64,000 nucleotides of DNA, taken from positions 256,001 to 320,000 of the forward strand of contig CAVYYI010000004.1 of assembly GCA_963772725.1 (NCBI GenBank). Direction: 5' to 3'. Positions 46,075 to 56,904 of the stretch are shown one piece after another. Numbering within the stretch: the first letter of the stretch is position 1; the number at the start of each line of letters is the position of its first letter. A program made the translations under genes and the position numbers. Source of the stretch: an uncultured Phycisphaerales bacterium (GTDB lineage Bacteria > Planctomycetota > Phycisphaerae > Sedimentisphaerales > Anaerobacaceae). Under the pieces are notes generated by a model. The model was not told where the DNA came from. It saw nothing but the letters and a program-made list of their open reading frames with translations, and searched no databases.

Positions 46075-47847
46075 GTGAATACGGCTGATTTGAGCAACGT
46101 GGTTTTAATCGCGGTTTTTGTGCTTTGCGGCTTAACAAGCATTTTCGCGATAGTTTCGTTAATGCTTGAGACTGAAGCGGCGAAGAGGGTTTTTGCGTGG
46201 GCAAAAGGTGCAATGCTAACGGGGGCGGGGCTGGCGGTTATTCTGCTAATTTTGCTGACGAAAGGATTTTTAACTGATGATTTTGCCATTGCGGCGGTTG
46301 GCCAATACAGTGCAGCGAATATGCCTTTTTTTTATAAATTGAGCGCGGTCTGGGCAGGGTCGGCGGGGTCGTTCGTTTTGTGGATGGCGTTTATGTTTGC
46401 GGCTTTCGCGATTTGGGTCATTACTACAGATGTGAAGAATTTGAAATTTGCGGCGGCAGGCTTGGCTATTGGAGCGGTGATTTGTACGGGATTTTCCGCG
46501 ATGCTGATTTTTTCAGCAAAGCCTTTTGCGGCGAGTACGGGGACGATTACTGATGGGGTGGGCCTTAATCCTCTACTGCGGAATTTTTGGATGATTATTC
46601 ATCCGCCTTTATTGTTCGTGGGGTTCTCGGCGTTTTTGATGCCCTTTGTAATTGTTTTGAGCGGTGTTTTTACAGGAATTGATTTTTCTGAAATTCGTAT
46701 AATATTGAAGCGATGGCTGCTTTTCGCGATATTATTTTTGAGCCTTGGCATCGGAACGGGGGCAAAGTGGTCGTATGTTGTGTTGGGTTGGGGCGGGTAC
46801 TGGTCGTGGGACCCAGTTGAGAATGCCTCTCTTTTGCCGTGGCTTATAAGTCTCGCGGCACTTCATAGTATAGTTCGAGCGAAAAACAAGGGTATTTCAA
46901 TCGGTACGGCCGGTCTGATACCTTTACCTTTGATTTTGTGTTTTACGGCGACTTATGTAACCAGAAGTGGAATTTTAGCGTCGGTTCACGCGTTTGGTGA
47001 TAATAAGACGTTTTTTATTCTGCAGTCGATTATTATTGTCTGTATATTGCTTTGGCTGGCAGGTGTCATATATAGCTTAAAACTTAAGACTGAAAGCTCA
47101 AAACTAACAGTGATATTCTGGGCTAACGCGATTCTTATTTTTTCAGCGGTCGCGGTGGGGGCGGGAACATTTTGGCCTGTGATACAGCGAATTTTCATAG
47201 CCCAAGGTCAGGGGACAATTACGCTGACAAGGGATTATTATGACAGGATAATATCGGTGTCGGCACTGTTCTTATCTGGCTTGCTCATATTTTCGGAAAT
47301 TATCAGAACGAAAAGACGCATTTTCCGCAAAGGCGGATTGGATTTTGGATTCAAAATCGGAAATCCTGGCCTCGGCGGTTACATAGCACATCTGGGCTTT
47401 TTGCTTTTGGTTCTTGCCTGCTGGATTTCATCGAACGAACAGGTGATTGACGCGAGGCTGGCCAGGGGCGAAAAGACTGTTTTTGGTGGCTATTCGATAA
47501 CGTATAAATCATTTGAGCGAACAATATCAAAAGATGCGGTCAAAGTCGGGCCTGAAATTGAAATTGAGAAAGGTGGATTTAAAAAAACGATGCGGCCTCA
47601 GAATGTGATTTATACGGATGGGAAAAAAGTATCTGAGGCGGCTGTTTGCAGCGGTTTGGCGGAAGATGTTTATATTTTGTTCGACAACGTGGGCTGGGAC
47701 GGAAAGGTTGCCCTTGAGGTTAAGGTAAAGCCCTTTATGATGTGGCTGTGGGCAGGAATGATATTGGTCACATTAGGGGCAGCGATGGCCATTTTCGAGC
47801 GTAAAAAAGGGGAAATTGATTATGAGCCGGGTAGAACTGAAACTTGA
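46075..47847 (+). CDS. ccmF: Cytochrome c biogenesis haem lyase CcmF/NrfE family
   Basis: GLNPLLRNFWMIIHPP, WGGYWSWDPVENASL, TRSGILASVHAF. Confidence 0.9.
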   Translation: MNTADLSNVVLIAVFVLCGLTSIFAIVSLMLETEAAKRVFAWAKGAMLTGAGLAVILLILLTKGFLTDDFAIAAVGQYSAANMPFFYKLSAVWAGSAGSFVLWMAFMFAAFAIWVITTDVKNLKFAAAGLAIGAVICTGFSAMLIFSAKPFAASTGTITDGVGLNPLLRNFWMIIHPPLLFVGFSAFLMPFVIVLSGVFTGIDFSEIRIILKRWLLFAILFLSLGIGTGAKWSYVVLGWGGYWSWDPVENASLLPWLISLAALHSIVRAKNKGISIGTAGLIPLPLILCFTATYVTRSGILASVHAFGDNKTFFILQSIIIVCILLWLAGVIYSLKLKTESSKLTVIFWANAILIFSAVAVGAGTFWPVIQRIFIAQGQGTITLTRDYYDRIISVSALFLSGLLIFSEIIRTKRRIFRKGGLDFGFKIGNPGLGGYIAHLGFLLLVLACWISSNEQVIDARLARGEKTVFGGYSITYKSFERTISKDAVKVGPEIEIEKGGFKKTMRPQNVIYTDGKKVSEAAVCSGLAEDVYILFDNVGWDGKVALEVKVKPFMMWLWAGMILVTLGAAMAIFERKKGEIDYEPGRTET

Positions 47848-47990
47848 GCGGAACGTATAAAGATTACTCAACGGACTTGCAAGGTTTATAAAGGGAGATA
47901 TAATAAGCAATTGCATTGGGGGTTATTGATAAATTCGGTGACTTTGTTTATACTGTGTATAAACAGAAATTCAGTAAAGAACGGTAATTA

Positions 47991-49268
47991 ATGAAGCTTA
48001 GGTTATACAATATAACGCATCAAAACTGCCCGGTGGAGGCTCGTGAAAAGGCAAGTTTTACCGAAGAGCAGCGAATTTCGATGCTGGCTAAGATGCGGGC
48101 TGAAGACAATATCAGGGAGGCAGTGATTTTAGAGACCTGCAACCGGACGGAGTTTTATATTTACGTGAAGAAGGAATTCGACTGCGCCAGATTTCTGGAG
48201 GGTTTAATCAGGCAGACAAAGCCGCAGGTCAATCAATGCTGGAACAGATATTATCAGGAGGTGGAGGGTACAGACGCGGTAAGGCATCTTTTCGAGGTGG
48301 CAGCGGGCTTGAATTCTCAGATGCTCGGGGAAAACCAGATTTTATCACAGGTTAAAGCCGCTTATACATTATCACACGAAAATCTGATGAGTGGTTTTTT
48401 ATTTCACAGGCTTTTTCATATCGCTTTTCGGGTGGGAAAAGCAGTTCGGACACTTACGAATATTAATTGTGGGGCGGTTTCAGTTGCGCTCGCGGCGGTG
48501 GATATGGCCAGAAAGAAAGTGGATTTGCCTTCAAGCAGGGTAATGGTCATAGGGGCGGGAGAAAACGCGGCTCTTGTGGCGAAGTACCTTGTTAAATCGG
48601 CCCCGGCGGAGTTGGTTATCGCCAACCGGAGTGTTCAAAGAGCGCGAACTCTTTGTAAACTGCTTAAAAAAGGCCACGCAATGAGTCTGAATAAAGTGAA
48701 GGAATATTTATCCGATGTCGATTTGGTAATCAGCTCGGCAACATGCGATGAGCCGGTGATAAAATACAAGGAGGTTGCCGGCATCCTTAAAAAGCGGAAG
48801 AAACCTTTGGTGATAATAGATATCGCTGTGCCTCGTGATATTGCGCCGTCGGTGGGAAAAATAAAATGCGTGAGCCTGTTCAATATTGATGATTTGGATG
48901 AACAGATAGATATTAACAAGAAGAAACGCAGCAGGGAGATTCCGAAGGCTCGCAGGATTGTTGATGAGTTTACGGATAAGTTTGCGAACTGGTATGAATC
49001 CCTGAACATTTTTCCTGTTATAACGGAATTGACGCAGAAAGGCGTTGACCTTGCCCATAGCGAGGCGAAAAGATACGTGAGGGATTTTGGAAAAGACAAT
49101 CTGGGCAAACTCGAGGTTTTCGCGGAAGCGCTGGTCAGGAAGGTTCTGCATGGGCCGATAGATTTTATTAAAGGGGGCGGCGATGGGGATAATCTGGATG
49201 CTGAGAGATTCGCGGCAACGGAACTGATAGGCAAAATGTTTCTTTCGAAGGGCAAAGGCAACGGATGA
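47991..49268 (+). CDS. hemA: Glutamyl-tRNA reductase
   Basis: TCNRTEFY, GLNSQMLGENQILSQVK, IGAGE, DIAVPRD. Confidence 0.95.
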   Translation: MKLRLYNITHQNCPVEAREKASFTEEQRISMLAKMRAEDNIREAVILETCNRTEFYIYVKKEFDCARFLEGLIRQTKPQVNQCWNRYYQEVEGTDAVRHLFEVAAGLNSQMLGENQILSQVKAAYTLSHENLMSGFLFHRLFHIAFRVGKAVRTLTNINCGAVSVALAAVDMARKKVDLPSSRVMVIGAGENAALVAKYLVKSAPAELVIANRSVQRARTLCKLLKKGHAMSLNKVKEYLSDVDLVISSATCDEPVIKYKEVAGILKKRKKPLVIIDIAVPRDIAPSVGKIKCVSLFNIDDLDEQIDINKKKRSREIPKARRIVDEFTDKFANWYESLNIFPVITELTQKGVDLAHSEAKRYVRDFGKDNLGKLEVFAEALVRKVLHGPIDFIKGGGDGDNLDAERFAATELIGKMFLSKGKGNG

Positions 49269-50191
49269 TAAAGACGCTGACTGTCGCAACAAGAGCAGGT
49301 GATTTGGCTATTGCGCAGACGGGCATTATCGTGTCGGCTTTGAAAAAGATTTATCCCGATATAAATATAAAAATAAAAAAGATAACGACGAGCGGCGACA
49401 AGGACAGGGTAACATCGCTGTGGGAATTGAAGGACAGCGGATTTTTTACTTCGCAGCTCGAAGAGACGCTGCTGGCGGGACAGGCGGATTTCGCGGTGCA
49501 TAGCTTCAAAGATTTGCCGACGGAACAGCGGAAAGGGCTGAGTGTCGCGGCGATTTATAAAAGGGATTATGCTCAGGACTGCCTGGTAAGTAAAGAGGCT
49601 ATTAATTCGATTGAGCAGTTAAAACCTTCAGCGAAAATCGGGACATCGAGTTTGAGACGTGCGGTACAGATTAAAAGATTAAGGTCTGATTTTGAGATTG
49701 CCCCGATTCGGGGAAATGTTCAAACGCGGATAAGGCAGCTTGATAAAGGTTATTTTGACGCGGTTATTCTGGCCAGAGCGGGACTTGAAAGAATCGGGAT
49801 GGGCGATAAAATATCCTTATGTTTTGAGCCGTCGGAGTTTATTTCCGCACCGGCGCAGGGGGCGTTGGCGGTTCAGACAAGGAGCGCGGACAGGGAAATA
49901 GTCGATATGCTTGCCTGTGTAGATGATGAAAAGACCCGCGAAGAAGTTTTGGCGGAAAGAGAAGTGCTGACGATAATGCGGTGCGGCTGTCATGCGCCGG
50001 TGGGAGTATTCGCGAAGATTGAAAACGATGCTATAACGATAGACGCTTTTATATCCGATTTGCAGGGCGAAAATTTTATAAAGCGAAAAGTTGCCGGGCA
50101 GGCTGGTGACTCGATAAAGCTGGCCGGACAAATCGCTAAAGAGCTTCTCGATGCGGGAGGCAATGAGATTCTCGAAGAATTGAAAAGATGA
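49265..50191 (+). CDS. hemC: Hydroxymethylbilane synthase
   Basis: AVHSFKDLP, GTSSLRR, RGNVQTR, GCHAPVG. Confidence 0.95.
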   Translation: MIKTLTVATRAGDLAIAQTGIIVSALKKIYPDINIKIKKITTSGDKDRVTSLWELKDSGFFTSQLEETLLAGQADFAVHSFKDLPTEQRKGLSVAAIYKRDYAQDCLVSKEAINSIEQLKPSAKIGTSSLRRAVQIKRLRSDFEIAPIRGNVQTRIRQLDKGYFDAVILARAGLERIGMGDKISLCFEPSEFISAPAQGALAVQTRSADREIVDMLACVDDEKTREEVLAEREVLTIMRCGCHAPVGVFAKIENDAITIDAFISDLQGENFIKRKVAGQAGDSIKLAGQIAKELLDAGGNEILEELKR

Positions 50192-50192
50192 T

Positions 50193-51698
50193 ATGAAAAA
50201 GGCCGGTAAAAGTAAAACTACGGTGTATCTTGTTGGGGCGGGGCCTGGTGACGCGGGGCTGATAACCGTTCGCGGGTCCGAATTGCTCAAGACGGCGGAT
50301 TGCATAATCTGCGATAAGCTCGCTAATCCGGTTTTGCTTTCTATGGCGAAACCTGGCACGGAGATTATTCATACGCCGAAAAGAATCGGGGAAGGTTCTT
50401 TCACGCAGGATAAAATCAATCAACTGCTGCTCGACAAGGCCAAAGAGGGCAAAATTGTTGTGCGGCTAAAGGGGGGAGACCCTTGTATTTTCGGCAGGGG
50501 AAATGAGGAGGCCGCTGTGCTGGCCAAGGCCGGTATTGATTTTGAGATTGTGCCTGGGATAACTTCGGGCATCGCGGCGGGTGAATACGCGGGGATTATG
50601 CTTACTGACCGCAATTACAGTTCGCAGGTGGTTTTTGTTACCGGCAAAGAGGCGGAGAATAAAGAGCAAAGCGGCATCGACTGGCAATGGCTGGCGAGGT
50701 TTAACGGGACGATAGTTTTTTATATGGGGATGGGAAATCTGGAGTTTATAACTTCAGAATTGATAAGAAACGGGATTGCGGAAGATACTCCGGCGGCGGT
50801 GATTGCAAACGCCACAACGCCGCAGCAAAAAGTTGTAAAGGGAACGGTCAGAAATATAAACAGAAAGTGCGTCGAGGGGAAAGTGGAGGCGCCGGCTATT
50901 GTGGTTATCGGGCAGGCCGCACGAGGAGATAATGAACTTGACTGGTTTATGAAGAAACCGCTGTTCGGGAAGAATATTGTTATAACCAGAGACGCGGAGG
51001 GTAACAGGGATTTGGCGGAAAAAATTATGCGCAGGGGCGGAACGGCGATAGATTTTCCAACAATAAAAATCCGGCCTTTGACGAATGAAAGCAGTTTTAT
51101 TGAGGCGGTTTCTTTGCTGGCGGAATTTGACTGGGTGGTATTTACCAGCGTTAATGGGGTAAAATTCTTTTTTGATTTCGTCAATGAGCTTGGGAAAGAC
51201 GCAAGAGTTTTTGGTTCGGCGAAAATTGCGGCGATAGGAAAAGAGACGGCGGCAAAGCTTGGGCAATTCGGAATAAAGGCGGATTTTGTGCCGGGCGTTT
51301 TTACCAGTGTCGAACTGGGCAGGCAGTTAATTGAGCATGTTAATTTGAAAGGTAAAAAGGTTCTGCTGCTTCGCTCCGAGCTTGCGGGAGATGAATTAAG
51401 CGTGATACTTGAGCATGCTGGGGCGGAGGTGAGGAATGAAAGCCTTTATACCATTGAGACGCAAAAAAATGATACGGAAATACTGACAGCGAAAATTGAC
51501 TGGCTGACTTTTGCAAGTCCATCGGCGGTGAGGGGGTTTTTTGAGCAGGTTCCAAAAGAGCGGGTTGGGCGCGGAGTTAAAATAGCTTCGATTGGGCCTG
51601 TAACTTCCGCGGAATTGCGGCAAATAAATGTTAATATTGATATTGAAGCACAGGAGCATACTTTTGAGGGTTTGCTTGATGCGATTGAAGAAAGTTAG
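50193..51698 (+). CDS. cobA: Uroporphyrinogen-III C-methyltransferase / synthase fusion (CobA-HemD)
   Basis: VGAGPGDAGL, RLKGGDPCIFGRG; then FTSVNGV, FASPSAV, SIGPVT (HemD). Confidence 0.93.
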   Translation: MKKAGKSKTTVYLVGAGPGDAGLITVRGSELLKTADCIICDKLANPVLLSMAKPGTEIIHTPKRIGEGSFTQDKINQLLLDKAKEGKIVVRLKGGDPCIFGRGNEEAAVLAKAGIDFEIVPGITSGIAAGEYAGIMLTDRNYSSQVVFVTGKEAENKEQSGIDWQWLARFNGTIVFYMGMGNLEFITSELIRNGIAEDTPAAVIANATTPQQKVVKGTVRNINRKCVEGKVEAPAIVVIGQAARGDNELDWFMKKPLFGKNIVITRDAEGNRDLAEKIMRRGGTAIDFPTIKIRPLTNESSFIEAVSLLAEFDWVVFTSVNGVKFFFDFVNELGKDARVFGSAKIAAIGKETAAKLGQFGIKADFVPGVFTSVELGRQLIEHVNLKGKKVLLLRSELAGDELSVILEHAGAEVRNESLYTIETQKNDTEILTAKIDWLTFASPSAVRGFFEQVPKERVGRGVKIASIGPVTSAELRQINVNIDIEAQEHTFEGLLDAIEES

Positions 51699-51700
51699 AG

Positions 51701-52871
51701 ATGATAAATATATCGAGATTATATTGCGGCCTTTGTGGGGAATCCGACCACTTGCGTTATGCGGAGCGGAACAGCTTTGGGCCGATAGTGGTTTATAACT
51801 GCACGAAAAGATGCAATTTGAGATGTATGCACTGTTACAGCGCATCGGGGTCAGCGAAAGGCGATGATGAATTAACAACCTCGCAGGCAAAGGAAATGCT
51901 CGCAGAGGCGGCTCAGATAAATTGCCCCGTGGTTCTATTCAGCGGTGGTGAGCCCTTGCTGCGGGAGGATTTGTTCGAATTGCTGGCGGAGGCACGGCGG
52001 TTGAAATTGCGGACAGTTATTTCGACTAATGGAACGCTGATAGATGCGGCGGTCGCGGGAAAACTTGCCGAAGCGGGGGTGGGTTATGTTGGAATATCCA
52101 TTGACGGTGGTGAGGAATTTCACGATAAGTTCAGGGGCGTAAAGGGCAGTTTTGCGGCAACGGCGGCGGGAATCGAAAACTGCAAAAAGGCGGGGCTGAA
52201 AACCGGGCTGCGTTTTACGATAACAAAGGCCAACGCTGAGCAGGTTCCTTATGTTTTTGATTTTGCGGCATCGGCGGGAGTGAGAAGGATATGTTTTTAT
52301 CACCTGATACGCACGGGCAGAGCAATGAACGCGGCACAAAATCAGGGAGCATCTGAGGGGATGTGCTATGTGCCGGGGATTGACCGGACGCGGAAAATCG
52401 TTAACGTAATAATAGAAAAAACCGATTATGGTGTCAGGAACCATTTTCTTGATGAGGTGCTCACGGTTGGAAATCACTGCGATGGGCCTTATCTTTTGAC
52501 GAAAATGGTGAAAGAGAAAAATCCGGCGTATGAAAGTGCCAAACGGCTGCCTGCTTATTAACGGCGGAAATAAAATCGGTGAAAAAATAAGTTGCGTCGG
52601 ATGGGACGGGAACGTTTATGCCGACCAGTTTTGGCGAAATTATTCGCTGGGTAATGTAAAGGAAGAGACTTTCGGGCAGATATGGCAAAATGACGATGAG
52701 CCGGCACTGAAAAAACTGCGGCATAAATCCGAATTTGCGGACAAGAGGTGCCTGACTTGCAGGTGGTTCGATTTGTGCAAGGGCAATTTCAGATTTTGCG
52801 GCGATAATAGCGGAGATGAAAACTGGGTCAATGAGCCGTCGTGCTATTTGACCGACGAAGAAATAAAATAA
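51701..52871 (+). CDS. ahbC: Radical SAM Fe-coproporphyrin synthase AhbC-like (frameshift near 52550)
   Basis: MINISRLYCG N-terminus, CNLRCMHCY, SPASM cysteines, haem operon context. Confidence 0.78.
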
Positions 52872-53057
52872 GAAGACAGAACACAGAATACAGTAGACAG
52901 TAGAAAAGTTCGTTGTTCAGAGTTCGTAGTTGGTAGAAAAGAAGAAAATTAACCACGAATGAACACGAATAGACGCTAAGAAGATTGATTATTGATGACT
53001 GATGATTATTTTTAAACCTGTGAAATCTGCGGCTTAAAATAAATGTAAGGAATTATT

Positions 53058-54026
53058 ATGGGTTTTCCGGAGATAAGAATGCGGAGGCTGCGGAGCAGCG
53101 AGACGATGCGGAGGCTGGTTCGTCAAACGGTATTGACAGTTGATAACCTGGTTTATCCGCTGTTTGTTCGCCATGGCATGGGGATTAAAGAACCGATAAA
53201 GTCGATGACAGACTGTTTTCATTTTTCGCCGGATACCGCGGTGGAAGAAGCGGCGGAAATTGCCGAACTGAAAATACCGGCGGTGCTGCTCTTCGGAATG
53301 CCGAACAAAAAAGATGAACAGGGCAGCGAAGCGTGGGCGGAAGATGGGGCGGTTCAGCAAACGATAAGGGCGATAAAAAAACGAGTGCCGGAACTGCTGG
53401 TTATTACCGATGTTTGTCTTTGTGCTTACACGACAAGCGGGCATTGCGAGACGATAAAAGACGGGAAAGTCGATAACGATGCGTCGTGTGGGTTGCTGGC
53501 TAAGACGGCTCTTTCACATGCGCAGGCTGGCGCGGATATTGTCGCACCTTCGGATATGATGGATGGCAGGGTTGGGTATATCAGGAAAACGCTTGAGGAG
53601 AACGGCTTCAAGGAGACAGCGATAATGGCTTATTCGGCGAAATACGCGTCGGCGTTTTACGGCCCATTCCGTGACGCTGCGGATTCGGCGCCAGCGTTTG
53701 GTGACCGGAAAAGTTATCAGATGGATCCCGCCAATTCGAACCAGGCGATGGCGGAGATTGCACTGGATATCCAGGAGGGGGCGGACATCGTAATGGTCAA
53801 ACCCGCGTTCGCGTTTCTCGATGTAATATATCGGGCTAAGCAGCGGTTCGATTGTCCCATAGCGGCGTATAATGTAAGCGGTGAGTATATGATGATAAAT
53901 ACGGCGGCAAAGACGGGCTCGCTGGATAAAAAATCGGCGATGCTCGAAATGCTCTATTCGATTAAACGCGCGGGGGCGGATATAATAATTACATACTTCG
54001 CGAAAGAGGCTGCAAAATTATTATAA
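53058..54026 (+). CDS. hemB: Porphobilinogen synthase
   Basis: RMRRLR, DVCLCAYTTSGHC, APSDMMDGRV, MVKPA, YNVSGEY. Confidence 0.97.
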   Translation: MGFPEIRMRRLRSSETMRRLVRQTVLTVDNLVYPLFVRHGMGIKEPIKSMTDCFHFSPDTAVEEAAEIAELKIPAVLLFGMPNKKDEQGSEAWAEDGAVQQTIRAIKKRVPELLVITDVCLCAYTTSGHCETIKDGKVDNDASCGLLAKTALSHAQAGADIVAPSDMMDGRVGYIRKTLEENGFKETAIMAYSAKYASAFYGPFRDAADSAPAFGDRKSYQMDPANSNQAMAEIALDIQEGADIVMVKPAFAFLDVIYRAKQRFDCPIAAYNVSGEYMMINTAAKTGSLDKKSAMLEMLYSIKRAGADIIITYFAKEAAKLL

Positions 54027-54065
54027 GAGTTTCGCAAAAATGGGAAATGCTGTTATTAATGTCTT

Positions 54066-54135
54066 TGTCATTCCCGCGAAAGCGGGAATCCAGGTGATGT
54101 AAAGAAAGTGGATACCTGCTTCCGCAGGTATGACA
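54066..54135. repeat. Intergenic REP-like palindrome doublet
   Basis: GTCATTCCCGCGAAAGCGGGAATCCA followed by the inverted degenerate copy TGGATACCTGCTTCCGCAGGTATGAC. Confidence 0.8.
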
Positions 54136-54155
54136 GAGTATTGCGGAAAAAAGAT

Positions 54156-55235
54156 ATGATTACAAAAACCAAAAGCGTAAAAAAGCGAAAACAAAAGCTG
54201 GAAAATACTGCGGTGGAGAGGCCGCGGATAATAGCGTTTGAGGTTACACGAAAATGCAGGTACAGCTGCAAACATTGTCGCGCGGGTGCGGGTATTAGTG
54301 AAAATGAGAAGGAATTGAGCACGGAACAGTGCGAGAAGATACTCGAAGCGATAGCCGCGTACAGCAGATGCACGATAATTTTAACGGGCGGCGAACCGAT
54401 GGAGCGTGATGATATTTATGATATTATCCGCTATGGGCGCAAGCTGAAACTGAAAATGGTGCTGGCAACCTGCGGGTATCCGATTAACGAAGAATCGATA
54501 ATTAAGCTGAAAAAAGCGGGTATAACAGCGTTGTCATTTTCGATAGATGGTTCATCGGCAGAAACACACGATACGTTCAGGGGTGTTCAAGGAGCGTTTG
54601 ACACAGCCATAAAGGCGACGCAGATAGCCAGAAAGGCGGGTATTGCTTTTCAGATTAATACCACGGTCACGAAATTTAATATCGATGAGGCCATCGCGAT
54701 AGCGGAACTGGTGGAAAGACTCGGCGCTTACTGTTTCAATCCGTTTATACTTGTCCCGACAGGGCGGGGGGCGGGAATTGCCGATGCGATTATGGACCCG
54801 ATTGATTACGAGATTTTTTTGAACGAGCTTTTGAGGATAAAACATAAGGCTAAAATTCAGGTAAGAGTTACGTGTGGGCCGCAGTTTGCGATGATTTGCA
54901 AACAAGCGCAGGCAAAAAAATTAACGGAAAGCGCCGGCGGGTGCATCGGCGGCAGAGGATTCGGATTTATAAGTTACCTCGGCGACGTACAGACCTGCGG
55001 TTTTCTCGACATATCAGCGGGCAACCTTGTTAAAAAGAGATATAATTTTGCCGGTATATGGGAGAAATCGAAACTGTTAAAGGATATACGTCACCCTGCG
55101 CAATACACCGGCAGATGCAGAAACTGCGAATACGTGGGAGTGTGCGGCGGATGCAGGGCAAGAGCGTATCTTGGCACCGGCGATTATCTCGAAGCCGACC
55201 CAATCTGCAATTATAAGCCGGCAGAAAAAATATGA
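54156..55235 (+). CDS. ahbD: Radical SAM haem b synthase AhbD-like
   Basis: IIAFEVTRKCRYSCKHCRA, TCGPQF, CGGCRARAY..DYLEADPIC. Confidence 0.8.
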   Translation: MITKTKSVKKRKQKLENTAVERPRIIAFEVTRKCRYSCKHCRAGAGISENEKELSTEQCEKILEAIAAYSRCTIILTGGEPMERDDIYDIIRYGRKLKLKMVLATCGYPINEESIIKLKKAGITALSFSIDGSSAETHDTFRGVQGAFDTAIKATQIARKAGIAFQINTTVTKFNIDEAIAIAELVERLGAYCFNPFILVPTGRGAGIADAIMDPIDYEIFLNELLRIKHKAKIQVRVTCGPQFAMICKQAQAKKLTESAGGCIGGRGFGFISYLGDVQTCGFLDISAGNLVKKRYNFAGIWEKSKLLKDIRHPAQYTGRCRNCEYVGVCGGCRARAYLGTGDYLEADPICNYKPAEKI

Positions 55236-56209
55236 GCCAGGTTTTAACGCAGTTACAGAAACGATTGTGTAATATCCTCCAGGATGGTCTTCCCATCTCT
55301 CAAAAGCCTTTCGCCGCAATAGCCCAAAGTCTCGACTCGGACGAAGATGCTGTTCTGCATGAGATAAAAGCATTGAAAGAGACGGGGATTATCCGGCGAA
55401 TCGGTGCATCTATAAATTATGCCGCGATGGGAAAAGTCAGCACTCTTGTTACGGCTCATATTCCGGAAGAAAAACTGGGAGAAATCGCGGAAGCGGTTAA
55501 CGCCATCGAAAATGTCTCTCATAATTATCATCGCCGGCATTATTATAATATGTGGTTTACGCTGCAGGGCGATTCGGTCAGCGAAATAGAAGATACTATA
55601 ACAGAACTGTCAGGCCGTTTCGGTGTTGAATTTCACAGCTTGCCGGTAAAGCGTTATTTTAAGCTTGATGTGCGTTTTGATGCTGAGCAGATGCTGCCTG
55701 CGGAAACGGCTAATGTTGAGCGAATTACCAGTACCAAGGTTGTTGAATTGGACACCAGGGAAAAGAAGATTCTGTCGAAATTGCAGAATGGTATTGAGAT
55801 TATCGCTGAGCCGTTTAAGTTTTTGCGGGATGAAAAGCTTAAAATGGATGAAGTTTTGGAGATAATTCAAGGCTTGATAGATAAAGGGGTTATCCGGCGA
55901 ATCGCGGCTGTGATGGAGCATCGCAAATTGGGTTTTACGGCCAACGTGCTGTTTGTTTGTAAGGTCGATGAGAACAAAATCGAACAGGCTGGGAATGCAC
56001 TTGCGCGGTTCGGGGCGGTGAGCCATTGCTATGAGAGAAAGACCTTCGAGGGCTGGCCTTATAATCTTTTCGCGATGATGCACGGCAGAAATATGGGTGA
56101 CATTCAGCACATAATTGACAAATTTACTAAATCTCAGCAAATAGATTCATTCGAGCTTTTGCCTACAATAACAGAATTCAAAAAGCAGCCGGTTCGCTAC
56201 AGATTTTAG
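55232..56209 (+). CDS. Sirohaem decarboxylase, fused AhbA-AhbB (NirDL-like)
   Basis: Two Lrp/AsnC-like repeats: VSHNYHR..YNMWFT and VSHCYER..WPYNLFAMMHG. Confidence 0.85.
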   Translation: MSQVLTQLQKRLCNILQDGLPISQKPFAAIAQSLDSDEDAVLHEIKALKETGIIRRIGASINYAAMGKVSTLVTAHIPEEKLGEIAEAVNAIENVSHNYHRRHYYNMWFTLQGDSVSEIEDTITELSGRFGVEFHSLPVKRYFKLDVRFDAEQMLPAETANVERITSTKVVELDTREKKILSKLQNGIEIIAEPFKFLRDEKLKMDEVLEIIQGLIDKGVIRRIAAVMEHRKLGFTANVLFVCKVDENKIEQAGNALARFGAVSHCYERKTFEGWPYNLFAMMHGRNMGDIQHIIDKFTKSQQIDSFELLPTITEFKKQPVRYRF

Positions 56210-56328
56210 CGAATTGGCGTTTTTGCTGAAAAATTTGTAAAAAAATATATTTTTCAGGCGACAGTTTGGTGTGGTTGCGCATTATAATTAGTAGAAGGCA
56301 AAAAGGCGGCTCGAAAGGGACATAAATA

Positions 56329-56904
56329 GTGAATGGCAAAGGCCCCGGTCAACCTGCGATAACGAATACGACGACCACTAAAGGGTCTGGCGAGCCGGGT
56401 ATTGTGAGTGTATTTCTGCGGGAGCAGGAAAGATTTAAGTGTATTATCGCCGGTATGGGATTAAACAGGACACAAGGCGAAGATATATTGCAGAATGTGT
56501 CAATCGAGGCCATGCAGTATCCGCGAGATTTCCCAAACGCCGATGAGGCGGTTCGGTGGCTGACAAAAGTTACGGTTAATAGATGCCTGCTCGAATACCG
56601 GAATAAACAGCGATTTGACCGCAAGGCGTCTGAGATTTTGGAGCGGCGGAAAGAAAAAAATGAGTCCGCGTCTGGCGCGGATGAAAAAGCGATTGTAGCG
56701 GAAGAACTTGATATTGTGCGGGAAACGCTGCGGGAATTAGATGAGTCTGTACTTATGGTAATGGTGCTGCGATATTTTTGCGATTTAACGTCCGAGGAAA
56801 TAGGAGCGATACTGCACTTGAATCCTTCCACTGTGCGAAATCAGTTGCGGGACGGGCGAATAACTCTCGCTAAACGGCTGTTAGAACGAGGGATTGAGCG
56901 ATGA
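56329..56904 (+). CDS. ECF sigma factor
   Basis: EDILQNV, WLTKVTVN, LRYFCDLTSEEIGAIL..STVRNQL. Confidence 0.88.
   Translation: MNGKGPGQPAITNTTTTKGSGEPGIVSVFLREQERFKCIIAGMGLNRTQGEDILQNVSIEAMQYPRDFPNADEAVRWLTKVTVNRCLLEYRNKQRFDRKASEILERRKEKNESASGADEKAIVAEELDIVRETLRELDESVLMVMVLRYFCDLTSEEIGAILHLNPSTVRNQLRDGRITLAKRLLERGIER

Noticed and set aside
52872..53040. Degenerate short repeats (ACAGAAC/ACAGTAG, ACGAAT); similar tracts at about 10860-10930, 19527-19555 and 41370-41400
   Set aside because: Low-complexity intergenic repeats without spacer structure or an associated gene
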